Positions 50,248 to 63,379 of a stretch of 64,000 nt of DNA are shown here, piece by piece. Both the position numbers and the translations under genes were made by a program. A model generated the notes under the pieces. It was not told the origin of the DNA and made no database searches. It saw nothing but the letters and a program-made list of their open reading frames with translations. The DNA lies in assembly GCF_022045235.1 (NCBI RefSeq), contig NW_027266330.1, positions 33,294,001 to 33,358,000 of the forward strand, given 5' to 3'. The DNA is from Haliotis cracherodii (lineage: Eukaryota). How positions within the stretch are numbered: position 1 is the stretch's first letter; every line of letters starts with the position of its first letter.

Positions 50248-53200
50248 TTACTCACAAAAAAGCCATTTTCCCGTAGACCCCCAACCCGTTGCCACGCCCA
50301 CATAGCTGATCAGTGTTGGAGATGGGTCTCTCCAAGACATGAACTGACGTCTCCCGACCTCTGTGCCAGCACCAACGGCGATTGTACCATCGCTGAAGCT
50401 GATCCAGAAGGGCAGGTGCTTGTTCCCTGACAGTGGAGCGTGACGCGCACGCGCAAGGTTTCTCCCTTGCTTCCTGTCTCTGATGACAGACTGGGTGTTT
50501 CGCCAGCCTCCGATGACGATTTCGTACATGTTTTGGTCGTAGTCGCCTTTGTTGCGTAGTAACGCAATGTGAGCGTCATTGGTAGTCTTTACCCAAAAGG
50601 TGAAGGATGTTCGTCCATTGAGGTGAAATCCACGGTCATGGAGGGAGTGGTAGTGGTAGTCGTTGGCCGTTTCCAAACAAACCAGTGGAAGGATGCGCTC
50701 TGAAATAGGAACTTTGGAAATACAGTTGTGTTATTGTGCTTATGTTGGAGAAAACACAGATTCGGGGTAGTTTTGGTGCTTGACTAATGTTTATACAGAC
50801 ATCCAATCGGTTTTCTTTCTGGTCAGGTAGTAAATGCAAAACAACAACACATATTCATCCCATACTCAACAATATTAAAAAAAGCAAACATTTTGTCAAC
50901 TAAACTTCTCTTCATATACTTAAACATGCCCAGAAGTGCACACCTAGCCCAGTCGTCCGCTTGTATTTTTATTGATAAAACGTTTTAAAAAATGCCTTTA
51001 TAATCGTCAGCATTTCTGCAATATTCACCGTGAAAGTGTCTACAATCAGCGCATGGCACGCTGTGAAATACCCTACAAAGAGGAATAAAGCACAACTCAC
51101 TCCATCAACCAGATACTACTTCTGACGGTGACGATAAGCTACTTACCAAACTGCCACAGTCCCGTTGACCCCCATCCAGTAGACACAGCGATGAACCTGA
51201 CGGTGTGAGGGGAGGGGTCTCTCCACGACATGAACCTCCCAACTCCGACCTCCGTCCCTGCCCCAACAGAGATCACACCATTCTCCCAAGAAATCCAGAA
51301 ATCACGGAACTTGGATGCACTCAAAGGTGTGTGGCGAACTGTTACTCTGTTGGCGTGCTGCATGCCTGTTCTGATAACTGATTGGGTGTTGCCCCATCCG
51401 CCAATCACCACCTCGTATATGTTCTGATCGGTTACTCCATCATCCCGTAGCAGGGCCAGGTGAGCATCGTTTGACGCGCGGACCTTGGAGAAAGCAACTT
51501 AACTGTACAACACGGAATTTATAGAATATTTTGTTCTTATGATCATTCTCTTACCTATAAAAAACGTGTGGCTGGTTCGAACTGATAACATTTGTACTGA
51601 CCGTTTACAAAGGAACTGTATAAATTCATGTGTAAACATATATGACAATGTGTTAATTCTTGGTTGATTCAATTTGGTCGGGTTGTCAATCGTGCCATCG
51701 GACGTGTGCATCATTCTTTGGGCGTTGGTTTTAATAACAACCACCGGATATTTTAGGACTACTTAGCACATACTCGATTATTTACAGGCTGCCGAGATAT
51801 AGCTTGAATTAACCGACTGTGCAATAAACAACAAAACAAACAAGGCTTACCTTGAACGTGAATGACGTGGCTCCAGGCGCCAAATCCACACCCAGATTAT
51901 GAAGCGACTGGTATCGGTAAACTGTGTTCGTCGCAAGTGAGACATCAGAAGACAGGGCTGATCCACACGCATTGTAGAAAATAATACGATTAAACAAATA
52001 AAATACCGATAATTAACGTTTTCTATTAGATTTCTGTTCAGAAAATGCGGCCCCAGCTGAACGTTGCAAATCTCACATAATGAGTGTAAAGGTGAAAACA
52101 GATTTAAAATTGAGAAACGGATGTCACACAAAAAAACATTTCTTGTCATTCACATCATTGTTTACTGCAGACGGTGACAATAAGCTACTTACCAAACTGC
52201 CACTGACCCGTTGACCCCCATCCAGTAGACACAGCGATGAACCTGACGGCGTGAGGGGATGGGTCTCTCCACGACATGAACCTCCCAACTCCGACCTCCG
52301 TCCCTGCCCCAACAGAGATCACACCATTCTCCCAAGAAATCCAGAAATCACGGAACTGGGTTGCACTCAAAGGTGTGTGGCGAACTGTTACTCTGTTGGT
52401 GTGCTGCATGCCTGTTCTGATAACTGATTGGGTGTTGCCCCATCCGCCAATCACCACCTCGTATATGTTCTGATCGGTTACTCCATCATCCCGTAGCAGG
52501 GCCAGGTGAGCATCGTTTGACGCGCGGACCTTGGAGAAAGCAACTTAACTGTACAACACGGAATTTATAAATAAAATCACTTTTCTTTCTGGCTTACCTA
52601 GGGGCAGTGGGGTGGGTAGTCCAGCGGTTAAAGCGTTCGCTCGTCACACCGACGACCCTGGTTCGAATCCTCACATGGGCACAATGCGTGAAGCTCTTTC
52701 CTGGTGTCCCTCACCGTGATATTGCTTGAATATTGCAAACCGTACTCACACCCACACACCCTGACTCACCTTGAACTTGAATGACGTGGCGCCAGGAGCC
52801 AAATCTACGCCCTGTTCGTGGAGGGACTGGTAGCTGTAAGTTGTGGTAGTCGCAAGTTCCACGTAGGCTACACCACATGTAATGTAGAAAATGTCACATT
52901 AGAAACGTGAAATCCTTATCTTTTAATCAAAAGAATCGCAGCAGCATATGGAAAATGCTTAATCTATGTTAAGTTCACAGATTTCTTATGGAATATTATA
53001 TGAGAGTAGGCTAGTTACAACTAAGGTCATCTGGTGTATCACAAACACCCTTGCACAAAACATAATGAAAGTGTACAATAAAGTACAATGTATTCATGTA
53101 GAATGTATGGCACCTTTGACCTTTACTTTACTTAACGTTATGTTTAATTACGATAAATTAATCTGACGCAACTTACTGACGTTATACCCTAGTACAACGC

Positions 53201-54559
53201 AAACTCAAAGGACTATAACATGACGTTAACGCCACAACACCCTCATGACTGGATGGTAATATCACGTCTTCAACGTTGAAAATCATCAGGGCACTCACAC
53301 AGGCACAACCAATGTATCAAATAGAAGGTGACGTGGAAGCTGATAGTCCAAAGATTAAGTCTGTAATTCTGTTTGTTTTTCAGAGAATGTGACATCAAAC
53401 TAAACAGTGAAATGTGCTCTCCCTGGGTGCACATAAAGTTACTACGAACATAAGGTACATATCACCCTTTGCAGAAGGTAATACTGACCTATTGGTAATA
53501 TCATCACGAACATAAGGTACATATTACCCTCTGACAGAAGGTGGTACTGACCTATTAGTAATGTCATCACGAACATAAGGTACATATTACCCTGTGACAG
53601 AAGGTGGTACTGACCTATTAGTAATGTTACAACGAACATAAGGTACATATTACCCTTTAGGAGAAGGTGGTACTATAAGAAATGTCATCACGAACAAATG
53701 GTACATATTACCCTTTGGCAGAAGGTGGTACTGACCTATTAGTAATGTCACCACGAACATAAGGAACATATTACCCTTTAGGAGAAGGTGGTACTATAAG
53801 TAATGTCATCACGAACATAAGGTACATATTACCCCTGCAGAAGGTGGCACTGACCTATTAGTAATGTCACCACGAACATAGGGTACATATTACCCTTTGG
53901 CATAAGGTGGTACTGCTCTGTTAGTAATGTCACCAAGAACATAGGGTACATATTACCCTTTGGCACAAGGTGGTACTGCTCTGTTAGTAATGTCACCACG
54001 AACATAGGGTACATATTACCCTTTGGCAGAAGGTGGTGCTGACCTATTAGTAATGTCATCACGAATATAAGGTACATATTACCCTTTAGGGGAAGGGGGT
54101 ACTATTAGTAATGTCATCACGAACATAAAGTACATATTACCCTTTGGCAGAAGGTGGCACTGACCTATTAGTAATGTCATCACGAACAAAGGGTACATAT
54201 GACCCTTTGGCAGAAGGTAACTATAAGGAGGACTGAAAACAGTAACTTGCCCTATTCTGTCAAGGATCGTGTCCGATCGTGTGATTATTCGGGAGTCTCT
54301 CAACATTCAGCCTTAAGAGTCCCAGGTAGAACCATTGGCCCTAGGGTACAACTGCTCAAATTATTGCCAGTGAGAGATGTTTTTCTACGTTAATGGCCCT
54401 CTGCTCTTTAGTAGCCTGTGACCTGTGTGAAGTACAGAAGAATCACTTTACGGAGCTCAAGGATTGTCCTAAATACTCACGCAGACAAATCCCGTTAGCG
54501 ACAGATGGTACTAGTGCAACAGCCACCAGCGTCGTCAGCAACTGCATCGTCGCCATCAT
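50248..54559 (-). CDS. Secreted protein with three tandem Methyltransf_FA (farnesoic acid O-methyltransferase-like) domains, ~469 aa
   Basis: Exons 54559-54481 (signal peptide MMATMQLLTTLVAVALVPSVANG), 52867-52770, 52529-52193, 51957-51851, 51483-51147 and 50699-50248; intron phases 1,0,1,0,1 are consistent. Each domain has F.V...NDAH.AL...YE.VIGGW.NTQSVIR...FWIS...G.I.VG...W.DP.P....TGWGSTG.W. The exact C-terminus is uncertain because a gtgagt donor overlaps the last codons. Confidence 0.88.
52601..52760 (+). mobile_element. Older copy of the short tRNA-derived SINE in an intron of the FAMeT-domain gene
   Basis: gcggttaaagcgttcgctcgtcac...ggttcgaatcc...gtgatattgc. Confidence 0.75.
53430..54220. 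repeat. Intronic minisatellite, 63-bp unit with 57-bp variants, about 12-13 units
   Basis: Unit acgaacataaggtacatattaccctttggcagaaggtggtactgacctattagtaatgtcatc. Confidence 0.95.
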
Positions 54560-56182
54560 TCTTTCTGCAATACGTACATATTGGTGAGTGCCATGTTCAC
54601 TTATCTAATGACCACCTATTGCTGAGTGATATGTTCGCTGTTATAATGTGTACATTTTGTTGAGTGTCATGTCGAGTAGGTGGGGAGATCAAATATCGTC
54701 ACTATCGAGGTTTCTGATAATGAGGTATCACCATTTGCAACTTTGTCACCCGATAGGGGCGAATAAATGAAGACGTGGAGACGCTAAAACAAATGGCTGT
54801 TTTTCTGATTTTTATTCAGGCTATCCTGCCGACAAAGTATTTGTGTACCCCACATCAAGATATCGAATACATATGTTTCTCTCACCAAGTGACGAGGGCA
54901 AAGTGAAAATATCTCATCCCCCCCCACCCTTGGTGAAGACAAATGTGCATGAATGATATTCTTGTATGAACAAATAACGATATGAGGCTATAAGAGTTTA
55001 TATACCGAGGTTTTTTCTGAAGTTGAGAAAAAGGATATTGTCATTGCAATGAACATATCGCTTGATATTTCACTGTAAATTGCTCATTTAACCTCGAGAC
55101 GGTTCGTTTTGAAAAACGCCGTTATTATTACTTGACCAGCGTGTATTCTCTACCTTCCAACAGAGGTCTCGAAGTTTCAAGAATATTTTTTGTTAATTCT
55201 GATTTGTATATAATCATATATATGATAAAGAATTTTCGTGACCCTAAATATTTTTTGCTACTTATTTTATACATTTAATTTTTTCGCAAACACAAAACTA
55301 CTTTTTAAGTCGCAAATACAAGTGGAGGTGAACCGTCCCTGTGTGTAAGGTAGGGAGAATTTCATTTCAAGGTTTTACATTGTAAAGAAATAATTTAATT
55401 TTCTGGTAGACACACAAACACTCAAAGTACATAATAAATAGGACATTCCACGTGTCTCGTGAAATATCATGTTTCTTTCATCTCGTGCCGGGGGGAAAAG
55501 GAGATATTTCTTGGGACACATGAAATATCCTCTATATATCGTAATTTGTTCACAAAAAATATGATTCATGTATATTAGTCTTCACTTTGATGAAATAAAA
55601 AATTATGCACTTTTGTTTCCATTTTCCATAAGTCTATCAACTATTTTGTGTTTCGAATATGATCAGTGATGGGAGCGGTTTGACTCTACAGTTCGTGGTT
55701 TGTAACACAAGATGACGCGCAATCACATGAATAACAAAATATATGTCAGTAAAGAATGTTCATGGTGTTATCCGCATAACATTATATACAAGTACAAACA
55801 TAACTGGAATCACATACATTAATTGATAACTGATAAATATTAATCAATAATGGTGATATGAAGTATATGTCTTCACAGATTGATAAGTCTGTGCACAAAA
55901 ATAGTAGTTTTTCAGCGTTCAGTTGTTTCACAAAGCGCCTGTAAACATTTCCTGTAAAGAACACAATCAGTACTCGGTAGAAGTTGTTTTGCATATACAA
56001 GTTTAATTACTTCTCATGAAAGTTAAGTGTAACATTTCCAACATTTTAAAACATATCAAGTTGTAAGAGTTTACAGATAAATTAACACGGTAACCCCTTC
56101 CTATGTACTATAGACTATCCGTGATAACATGTGTTTAACTAAACATAACAGTGCGATAGTGAATATGATTCTGTTTCCATAC

Positions 56183-56266
56183 CTGTAAGTCGTCAAACGT
56201 GTTCGCACTGTACTGTAGCCGGCGTCAGCTGAACGTTTTTTTTGTGACATCCCTGTGACTTATATA
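56183..56266 (-). promoter_or_regulatory. Probable TATA box and non-coding exon 1 of the FAMeT-domain gene
   Basis: TATATAA at 56266-56260, Inr-like TCAGCT at ~56230, donor CAG|gtatgg at 56183. The signal-peptide exon starts at a ttgcag acceptor 5 nt before the ATG. Confidence 0.5.
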
Positions 56267-56838
56267 CAGTGAAGACCCGGATGAACGTTTTATCACGCGC
56301 AGTTAAACTGTCCAGGATTTCTTGGAAACGCGCTATATATAACGCCTGCCTTGTTATGCATGCCCGTCAATCTGAACGTTCATGTGATATATTGTTTAGT
56401 GTGTTGAAGGTTCCGGCCCAGTTCCATGAATTGCACGCTCCTCCGGATCACGAAACTACATAAAGCACATATATGACGTCAATCTATTGTTTAAACGATA
56501 CATTATTTTTCACTTATAGACTACTGGACGTCAATTATGTACACTCGGAATTAACGGAACCGTTTGTATTTTGACAGTAAAATGAAATATTTCAAATTTT
56601 GTAGAAAACATGAGTCGCAAGGGGGGCACTGACCCGCAGTTTAAAATTTGGAGCCGTCCAAAAGTCGACCTCATATAGTGACAGAAAAATGTAACAATAA
56701 CTATTAAATAATTTCAAATATTTGTATAATTTTTAAAAGCTCAGTAAATATTATGTAGAATGTTTTGTTACATTATGTTACCTGCAACGATGTTCATATA
56801 CATGTAAATATTATTACGGAAGGCTTTGGGGAGAAAAA

Positions 56839-57012
56839 CTGACTGACTGACTGACTGAGTATGGTTTTACGTCGATTTTAGCAATATTCCAGCAATATCA
56901 CGGCGTGGGACACAAGAAATGGGCTTCACACATTGTACCCATGTCGGGAATCGAACCCGGGTCTTCGGCGTGACGAGCGAACGCTTTAACCACTAGGCTA
57001 CCCGGCCGTCCC
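56839..57012 (-). mobile_element. Short tRNA-derived SINE, full length
   Basis: A and B boxes present; 12-bp TSD tggggagaaaaa. Confidence 0.88.
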
Positions 57013-57659
57013 TGGGGAGAAAAAAAAACGGGAGACGCATAAGATGTCCTTGTTCAGGGCTCTGTTTCCTGTCGCACCTGTAAGCATATTGACAACTGTT
57101 CTAGCGATTGATTAAGTCCTCGTTTAGGGCGCCATTACATAATGAATTTCTGGTCTGTTTTTCAAATACGTTCTGCAAAAGAATGCTTTGTCACAGTCTA
57201 ACAGTGGGATGTGCTTCAAGGTTACTAGAATGTCTGCTCATATATATCCACTCAAATGTGTCTCCTCGATTACCAACCAACTGTGTCTGTTAAACTGTTT
57301 ATATCTACATATCTACTCGAATATATACTCGATTATCTATAATGTCCATTCCCGTATGTTCATCCGTATGTCAAACTCGTATATTTACTCGTCTAATGTC
57401 TACTAGAAAGTGTCCTTGAATGCCTACTCGTATGTTAACTCGAATGTCTACAAGTGTTCGTTTCCTATGTCTGCTTGATTGTTCATTCGAAATTCTATAT
57501 ATCGCTTTGTCAACTCGAATATCTACGTGAATCTCTAGTCGTATCTTAACTCGGATGCATCTACTCAATGTCTGCTCATATTTTTACTCGAATGTCTTCT
57601 GGTGTGTCTGCTCGAATATGTAAATCCTAATGACTACACGAATGTCTCACTGAATGTTT

Positions 57660-59080
57660 ACGGGAAAGTGTATGTGTACCCGAATGTCTGTCTATCCGTA
57701 TGTGTACCCGAATGTCTATTCGTATGTGTACCCGAATGTCTGTCTATTCGTATGTGTACCCGAATGTCTGTCTATCCGTATGTGTACCCGAATGTCTGTC
57801 TATCCGTATGTGTACCCGAATGTCTATTCGTATGTGTACCCGAATGTCTGTCTATCCGTATTTGTACTCGAATGTCTATCCGTATGTGTACCCGAATGTC
57901 TGTCTATCCGTATGTGTACTCGAATGTCTATTCGTATGTGTACCCGAATGTCTGTCTATCCGTATGTGTACCCGAATGTCTATTCGTATGTGTACCCGAA
58001 TGTCTGTCTATTCGTATGTGTACCCGAATGTCTGTCTATCCGTATGTGTACCCGAATGTCTGTCTATCCGTATGTGTACCCGAATGTCTATTCGTATGTG
58101 TACCCGAATGTCTGTCTATCCGTATTTGTACTCGAATGTCTATCCGTATGTGTACCCGAATGTCTGTCTATCCGTATGTGTACTCGAATGTCTATTCGTA
58201 TGTGTACCCGAATGTCTGTCTATCCGTATGTGTACTCGAATGTCTATTCGTATGTGTACTCAAATGTCTATCTCTATGTGTACTCGAATGTCTATTCACA
58301 TGTGTACTCGAATGTCTATCCGTATGTGTACTCGAATGTCTATTCGTATGTGTACTCGTGTGTCCATCTGTATGTGTACTCGAATGTCTGTCTATTCGTA
58401 TGTTTACTCGAATGTTTATTCGTATGTGTACTCGAGTGTCATCCGTATGTGTATTTGAATGTCTGTCTATCTGTATGTGTACCCGAATGTCTGTCTATCC
58501 GTATGTGTACTCGAATGTCTATCCGTATGTGTACCCGAATGTCTGTCTATCCGTATTTGTACTCGAGTGTCCATCTGTATGTGTACTCGAATGTCTGTCT
58601 ATTCGTATGTTTACTCGAATGTCTATTCGTATGTGTACTCGAATGTCTGTCTATCTGTATGTGTACTCGAGTGTCTGTCTATTCTTATGTGTACTCGAGT
58701 GTCTGTCTATTCGTATGTGTACTGGAATGTCTATTCGTATGTGTACTCGAGTGTCCATCTGTATGTGTGCTCGCATGTCTGTCTATTCGTATGTGTACTC
58801 GAATGTTTATTCGTATGTGTACTCGAGTGTCCATCTGTATGTGTACTCGAATGTCTGTCTATTCGTATGTGTACTCGAATGTTTATTCGTATGTGTACTC
58901 GAATGTTTATTCGTATGTGCACTTGAGTGTCTATCCGCATGTGTACTCGAATGTCTATCCGTATGTGTACTCAATGGCTATTCGTATGTGTACTCCAATG
59001 TCTGTCTATTCTTATGTGTACTCGAATGTCTATCCGTATGTGTACTCGAATGTCTATTCATAGGATTACTTGAGTGTCTT
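57660..59080. repeat. Satellite of mixed 24/28-bp monomers with a degenerate left flank from ~57230
   Basis: Monomer cgtatgtgtac(c/t)cgaatgtct(gtct)at(c/t). Confidence 0.97.
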
Positions 59081-59084
59081 CTCG

Positions 59085-59670
59085 AACAACATCGTCAACT
59101 TTAATGTCTACACGTAAATGTACTCCATAGTCTTCTCAAACAACATCGTCAACTTTAATGTCTCCACGTAAGTGTACTCCATAGTCTTCTCAAACAACAT
59201 CGTCAACTTTAATGTCTCCACGTAAGTGTACTCCATAGTCTTCTCAAACAACATCGTCAACTTTAATGTCTACACGTAAGTGTACTCCATAGTCTTCTCA
59301 AACAACATCGTCAACTTTAATGTCTCCACGTAAGTTTACTCCATAGTCTTCTCAAACAACATCGTCAACTTTAATGTCTCCACGTAAGTGTACTCCATAG
59401 TCTTCTCAAACAACATCGTCAACTTTAATGTCTACACGTAAGTGTACTCCATAGTCTTCTCAAACAACATCGTCAACTTTAATGTCTACACGTAAGTGTA
59501 CTCCATAGTCTTCTCAAACAACATCGTCAACTTTAATGTCTCCACGTAAGTGTACTCCATAGTCTTCTCAAACAACATCGTCAACTTTAATGTCTCCACG
59601 TATGTTTACTCCATAGTCTTCTCAAACAACATCGTCAACTTTAATGTCTACACGTAAGTGTACTCCATAG
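59085..59670. repeat. 54-bp tandem repeat, about 11 copies
   Basis: Unit agtcttctcaaacaacatcgtcaactttaatgtct(c/a)cacgtaagtgtactccat. Confidence 0.97.
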
Positions 59671-60535
59671 TTTACTCGAACATAGTTTGGTCTGTCTACT
59701 CGAATGTCTACACGCATATTTCCCCGACTATCTATGTATGTTTATACATGTAATGTAATTTAAATGTAAATATAATGTAGGAGAGATTGGTTTTACGACG
59801 CTTTCAACAATATTCAATAATAGTCACAGCGCAAAATGTAAATAGAAATACTGAAGTTTCCTTTCAAAATTGACGAATATGTGCCTATTAATTTCTATAT
59901 CAAATAAGACTTATTTAATCTGTAACTGTAGCTTGGTAAGAAAAAATGTGTAATGTGCTCTTGTTGTGACACTGATGAAGACACGACACGTTGATAACCT
60001 CATCCGGGAAACAGGGACTTTACAGCTAAACCAACAATATGACAGGAAAACAATCACTGCTGTCATTGGTCATATGAGTCAGCCCGTCCTGGGTTGTTTT
60101 GCATAATGAGGTTAATGTATATGCTCTTTCTTTATTCTAGATTCATATGCAGATAGGTTTCGGAATAACTGTCAACTTGCACAAAGCAAATGTTGTTTTT
60201 AAAAGATGAGGAAACGTATCAGTTAAAGAAGTATGGTACTCTATAGGACAAGTTGTAGACGTTGTTAATAGACATCTAGGATTAGTCTTCATCTGTAAAT
60301 TTAGCCGAAGTATATGTATTGCTGATAAAGCGCTACGTGTCAAAAAGGCTTGATATGCGTTACTTACTACAACAAGAAACATATCTGCTACTGCCTCCAA
60401 CGTGTTCTTTAAGTTATTTGATTGTCAGAGTAGTCCGATTCTTTTGTATGCATCTGACATTTTTGGGATCAATAGATTTGAGAGTATAGAGAAAATCTAC
60501 CGAGGTTGTAAAACCTTCTTACAAATAGGACAAGG

Positions 60536-60800
60536 CCCTTGAAAATCCGGGTAGGATAGGTCTTTAGCAACCCATGCTTGCCCTATAAGGCGACTATGCT
60601 TGTCATAAGAGGCGACTAAGGGGATCGGGTGGTCAGGCTCGCGGACTTGGTTGATGCATGTTATCGTATCCCAATTGCGTGGACCGATGCTCCTGATGTC
60701 AATCGCTGGATTGTCTTGTTCAGACTCGAATATTATTTAGACCGCCGTCATATTGCTGGAATATTGGAGTGCGGCATTAAACAACAAACAAACAAAACAA
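60536..60800 (+). mobile_element. Full-length copy of the short non-tRNA retroelement
   Basis: Reverse complement of the 7703-7969 family; flanking repeat caaataggac. Confidence 0.85.
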
Positions 60801-60896
60801 CTCAAATAGGACCACAAACACCAAATGCTATAGTTTATGGTAAATGTGGCCGATATCCAATGTATTTCAACTCACTTGTTCGTAGTATTCTTTTTA

Positions 60897-61160
60897 TGGT
60901 GGCCCAGTCGTCTGATGCACCGCGATTACAGAGTTGCGTCCCTTGGCCACACCAGAAACCTATGATTGTGGATTCGCGTCCCGGTTCGCCCCGATTATGT
61001 TTCTAGGTATGTCAACACCATACCCGTGCTCGTGGGTTTCACCGAAGCGGTAAACGTTTGAGACCTGCATCACTTTGGGTTTTCCTCCCACATTAAGCTG
61101 ACACGCTGTGATATAACTGGAATACTGTTAAAAGCGGCATTAAACCCGTCTCACTCACTC
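60897..61160 (+). mobile_element. tRNA-derived SINE (family of 2015-2300)
   Basis: ggtggcccagtcgtct...gttcgccccgattatg...cactcactc. Confidence 0.85.
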
Positions 61161-62433
61161 GTAGTGTTGGATACTGGTGTAAAATAGTGTCAATGCACGA
61201 GGACCGCCCGAGGATCTACTACAAATAACAGTTCAAGATATAACCTTTATAAAAAATATATAAAGTTTGTTAGAGCCAGAAAAATGTCTTTATGCAATTA
61301 GCGAATTAAAGCTACGAAGTAAAGTTTAGAGGGGGACTATTGCAGTTGATCAATAATGAGGTGGCAAAAAATTGATATAGGCATGAGAAACTGCCCCTTA
61401 TGTGATCGAGGTATACAGGACGAATATCTTTTTCTACTTGTATATGCTACTTTTGATGCTATTATAATTAAATATCAACCAAAGACTTGTATAACTAATG
61501 TAAATATGCATCTATTTAAAAACATAATTGCCACAAACAATACAGAACAAATAAAATCACTATGCCTGTATATTTATCATGCGTATGAAAGAAGAAAGTA
61601 TTTGTTAAACAAATTGAATGTTTGAAATTATGTATTTTGCCACTACCATACTTGTAAACTGTTATTTGTATGTGCGCCTCTGGCCTTCGTACTAAATAAA
61701 GTATTGATTGATTGATACTCTCCATAAAAAAGTAGCGATAATGCTAAATGTTCATGATCATGTATTTTTTCAATGAAATTGCTTTACACTAAATTATACA
61801 GAGTTTAGATCTGAATGCTGTTATGATGTTAATGGATATGACCTACGAACCGTCCTGTTTGGTAACGTCAGCTTAGACGAAGAAATACTGTTGAATACCG
61901 TTGACCCTGTACATCATTTTCTCTCCATGAGCAAAAGATTTGTCTAAACATGCACTCTTATATATATCTCACCAACAACTGTTTTACCTTTGTTGTACCA
62001 CATGTGACTTAATATCAAGTTTATACTACTGTATGACATTAATACTACTGCTGCTTGTTCGAACTTTGATAGTGAGAAATATTCATGTAGGCTCTGCCTG
62101 TTTATCAATCCCCTTCCAATGTACCAAGTGGAAATAAATATCGTTTAACGAAAATAGTAGGTGATCACGAAGTATGAATGTTATGAAAAATCAGCTTTGA
62201 AAATGACCGTCAAGAGATAGAACGGTTTCCAACCAAAACCATGGACCCATTCGTAAAATTCCACGTGGACCATTCCTAAGCGTACGTTGGTCGGTGTCAC
62301 TTCTTGCTTTTGACACTTCAGTGAAAGGTCGTCAAATCACCCTGAACCATTATTATTGTTGATTTTCATTATCCACAGTAACAAGTAGGCTCTCTGCTCT
62401 TGCTTTAATGTAGTATCTGTGATCAGATTGGGA

Positions 62434-63340
62434 ATGCCTTGTCTACAACATGATGAACGCCTAAGGGCTATTGGTAAGCATCAAACTGGTAGAACTCCGC
62501 GAGAGGTAGCAAATATACTGAATGTGTCTCAGTCTGTGATTTGTAGACTTTGGAACAGTTTCCAACAGAACTTTAATGATCGGCCCCGCACGGGGTTTCC
62601 AAGATCAACAACACAGGTCCGGGGTTGATTAATCAGAATCAGGCCAAAAGAATTCGAGCTCAAACAACAATCAAATCATTGTTCATTTGCGCCATGTTAC
62701 TGACTTGGCGATAAGAAGGTGTCTGGATGCTCGGCTCTCACGTGTTGTACCACCGTGAACAAATTCACATATTCCAGCAAGACAACAATGCTAACGTTAA
62801 CGTAATTCAACATGCCAGATTGTGGGGTAGAACTGTAATGATATGGGCGAGATCACTATGGTTGCCAGAACGCTATTGCATATTGCCCATGGAAGGGTCA
62901 CTGGACTAAACTACGGAGACGACATACTGGCGCCAATAGGTGTGCCGTTAGTCTGTCTTACAGACCCTGATACAAATATATCAAAGTCTAGATTTCTACA
63001 GCATATGAATATGAAGAGAGTCTCTGGGCTCCTTTTTATTAATTGTTTTTAAGATAATTTAACAACTGTTTTTTTCTGTACGATATGTTCATTTCAGAGA
63101 CAAGATGTTAGTCTAGTGTGCCGTCTGCGAGCCATGATAGCCCATGGTTTGTCTTCCAAGACGAAAACGCTCGTACTTATTTACTTAAATTAGGAATTTA
63201 ACGTGCGCTTTCCGACATATCCGTATTTCGCGCTCGGGCCCGCCAGGCCATTTGGTGTTTGGTCGAAAAGGGTATGTCCGAAAAGGTGAGGCAACCTAGG
63301 TGGGGCTCGTGTCCAAATGCACGTTTTATAATTGACTACC
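62434..63340 (+). mobile_element. Highly decayed Tc1-family transposase
   Basis: MPCLQHDERLRAIG...DRPRTGFPRSTT, then WGRTVMIW, and VFQDENAR near 63150. Confidence 0.7.
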
Positions 63341-63379
63341 TCCAGCAGAAAAAAACATCACCCGAATGGCCGCACATGA

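Larger units (their letters stand above)
60230..61715 (+). mobile_element. 3' relic of a non-LTR retrotransposon (L2/CR1-group-like), interrupted by two short elements
   Basis: Translates KLFDCQSSPILLYASDIFG, PNAIVYGKCGRYP and RNCPLCDRGIQDEYLFLL (decayed C..C...EDE.HF...C motif). Ends aataaagta(ttga)n. Confidence 0.7.

Noticed and set aside
57602-59104. 469-500 aa repetitive ORFs
   Set aside because: Open in all three frames because the satellite lacks stops; the 28-bp monomers shift frame, so there is no coding constraint.
53430-59670. CRISPR-like appearance of the 63-bp and 54-bp arrays
   Set aside because: Pure tandem repeats with no unique spacers, no cas genes, and a eukaryotic context.
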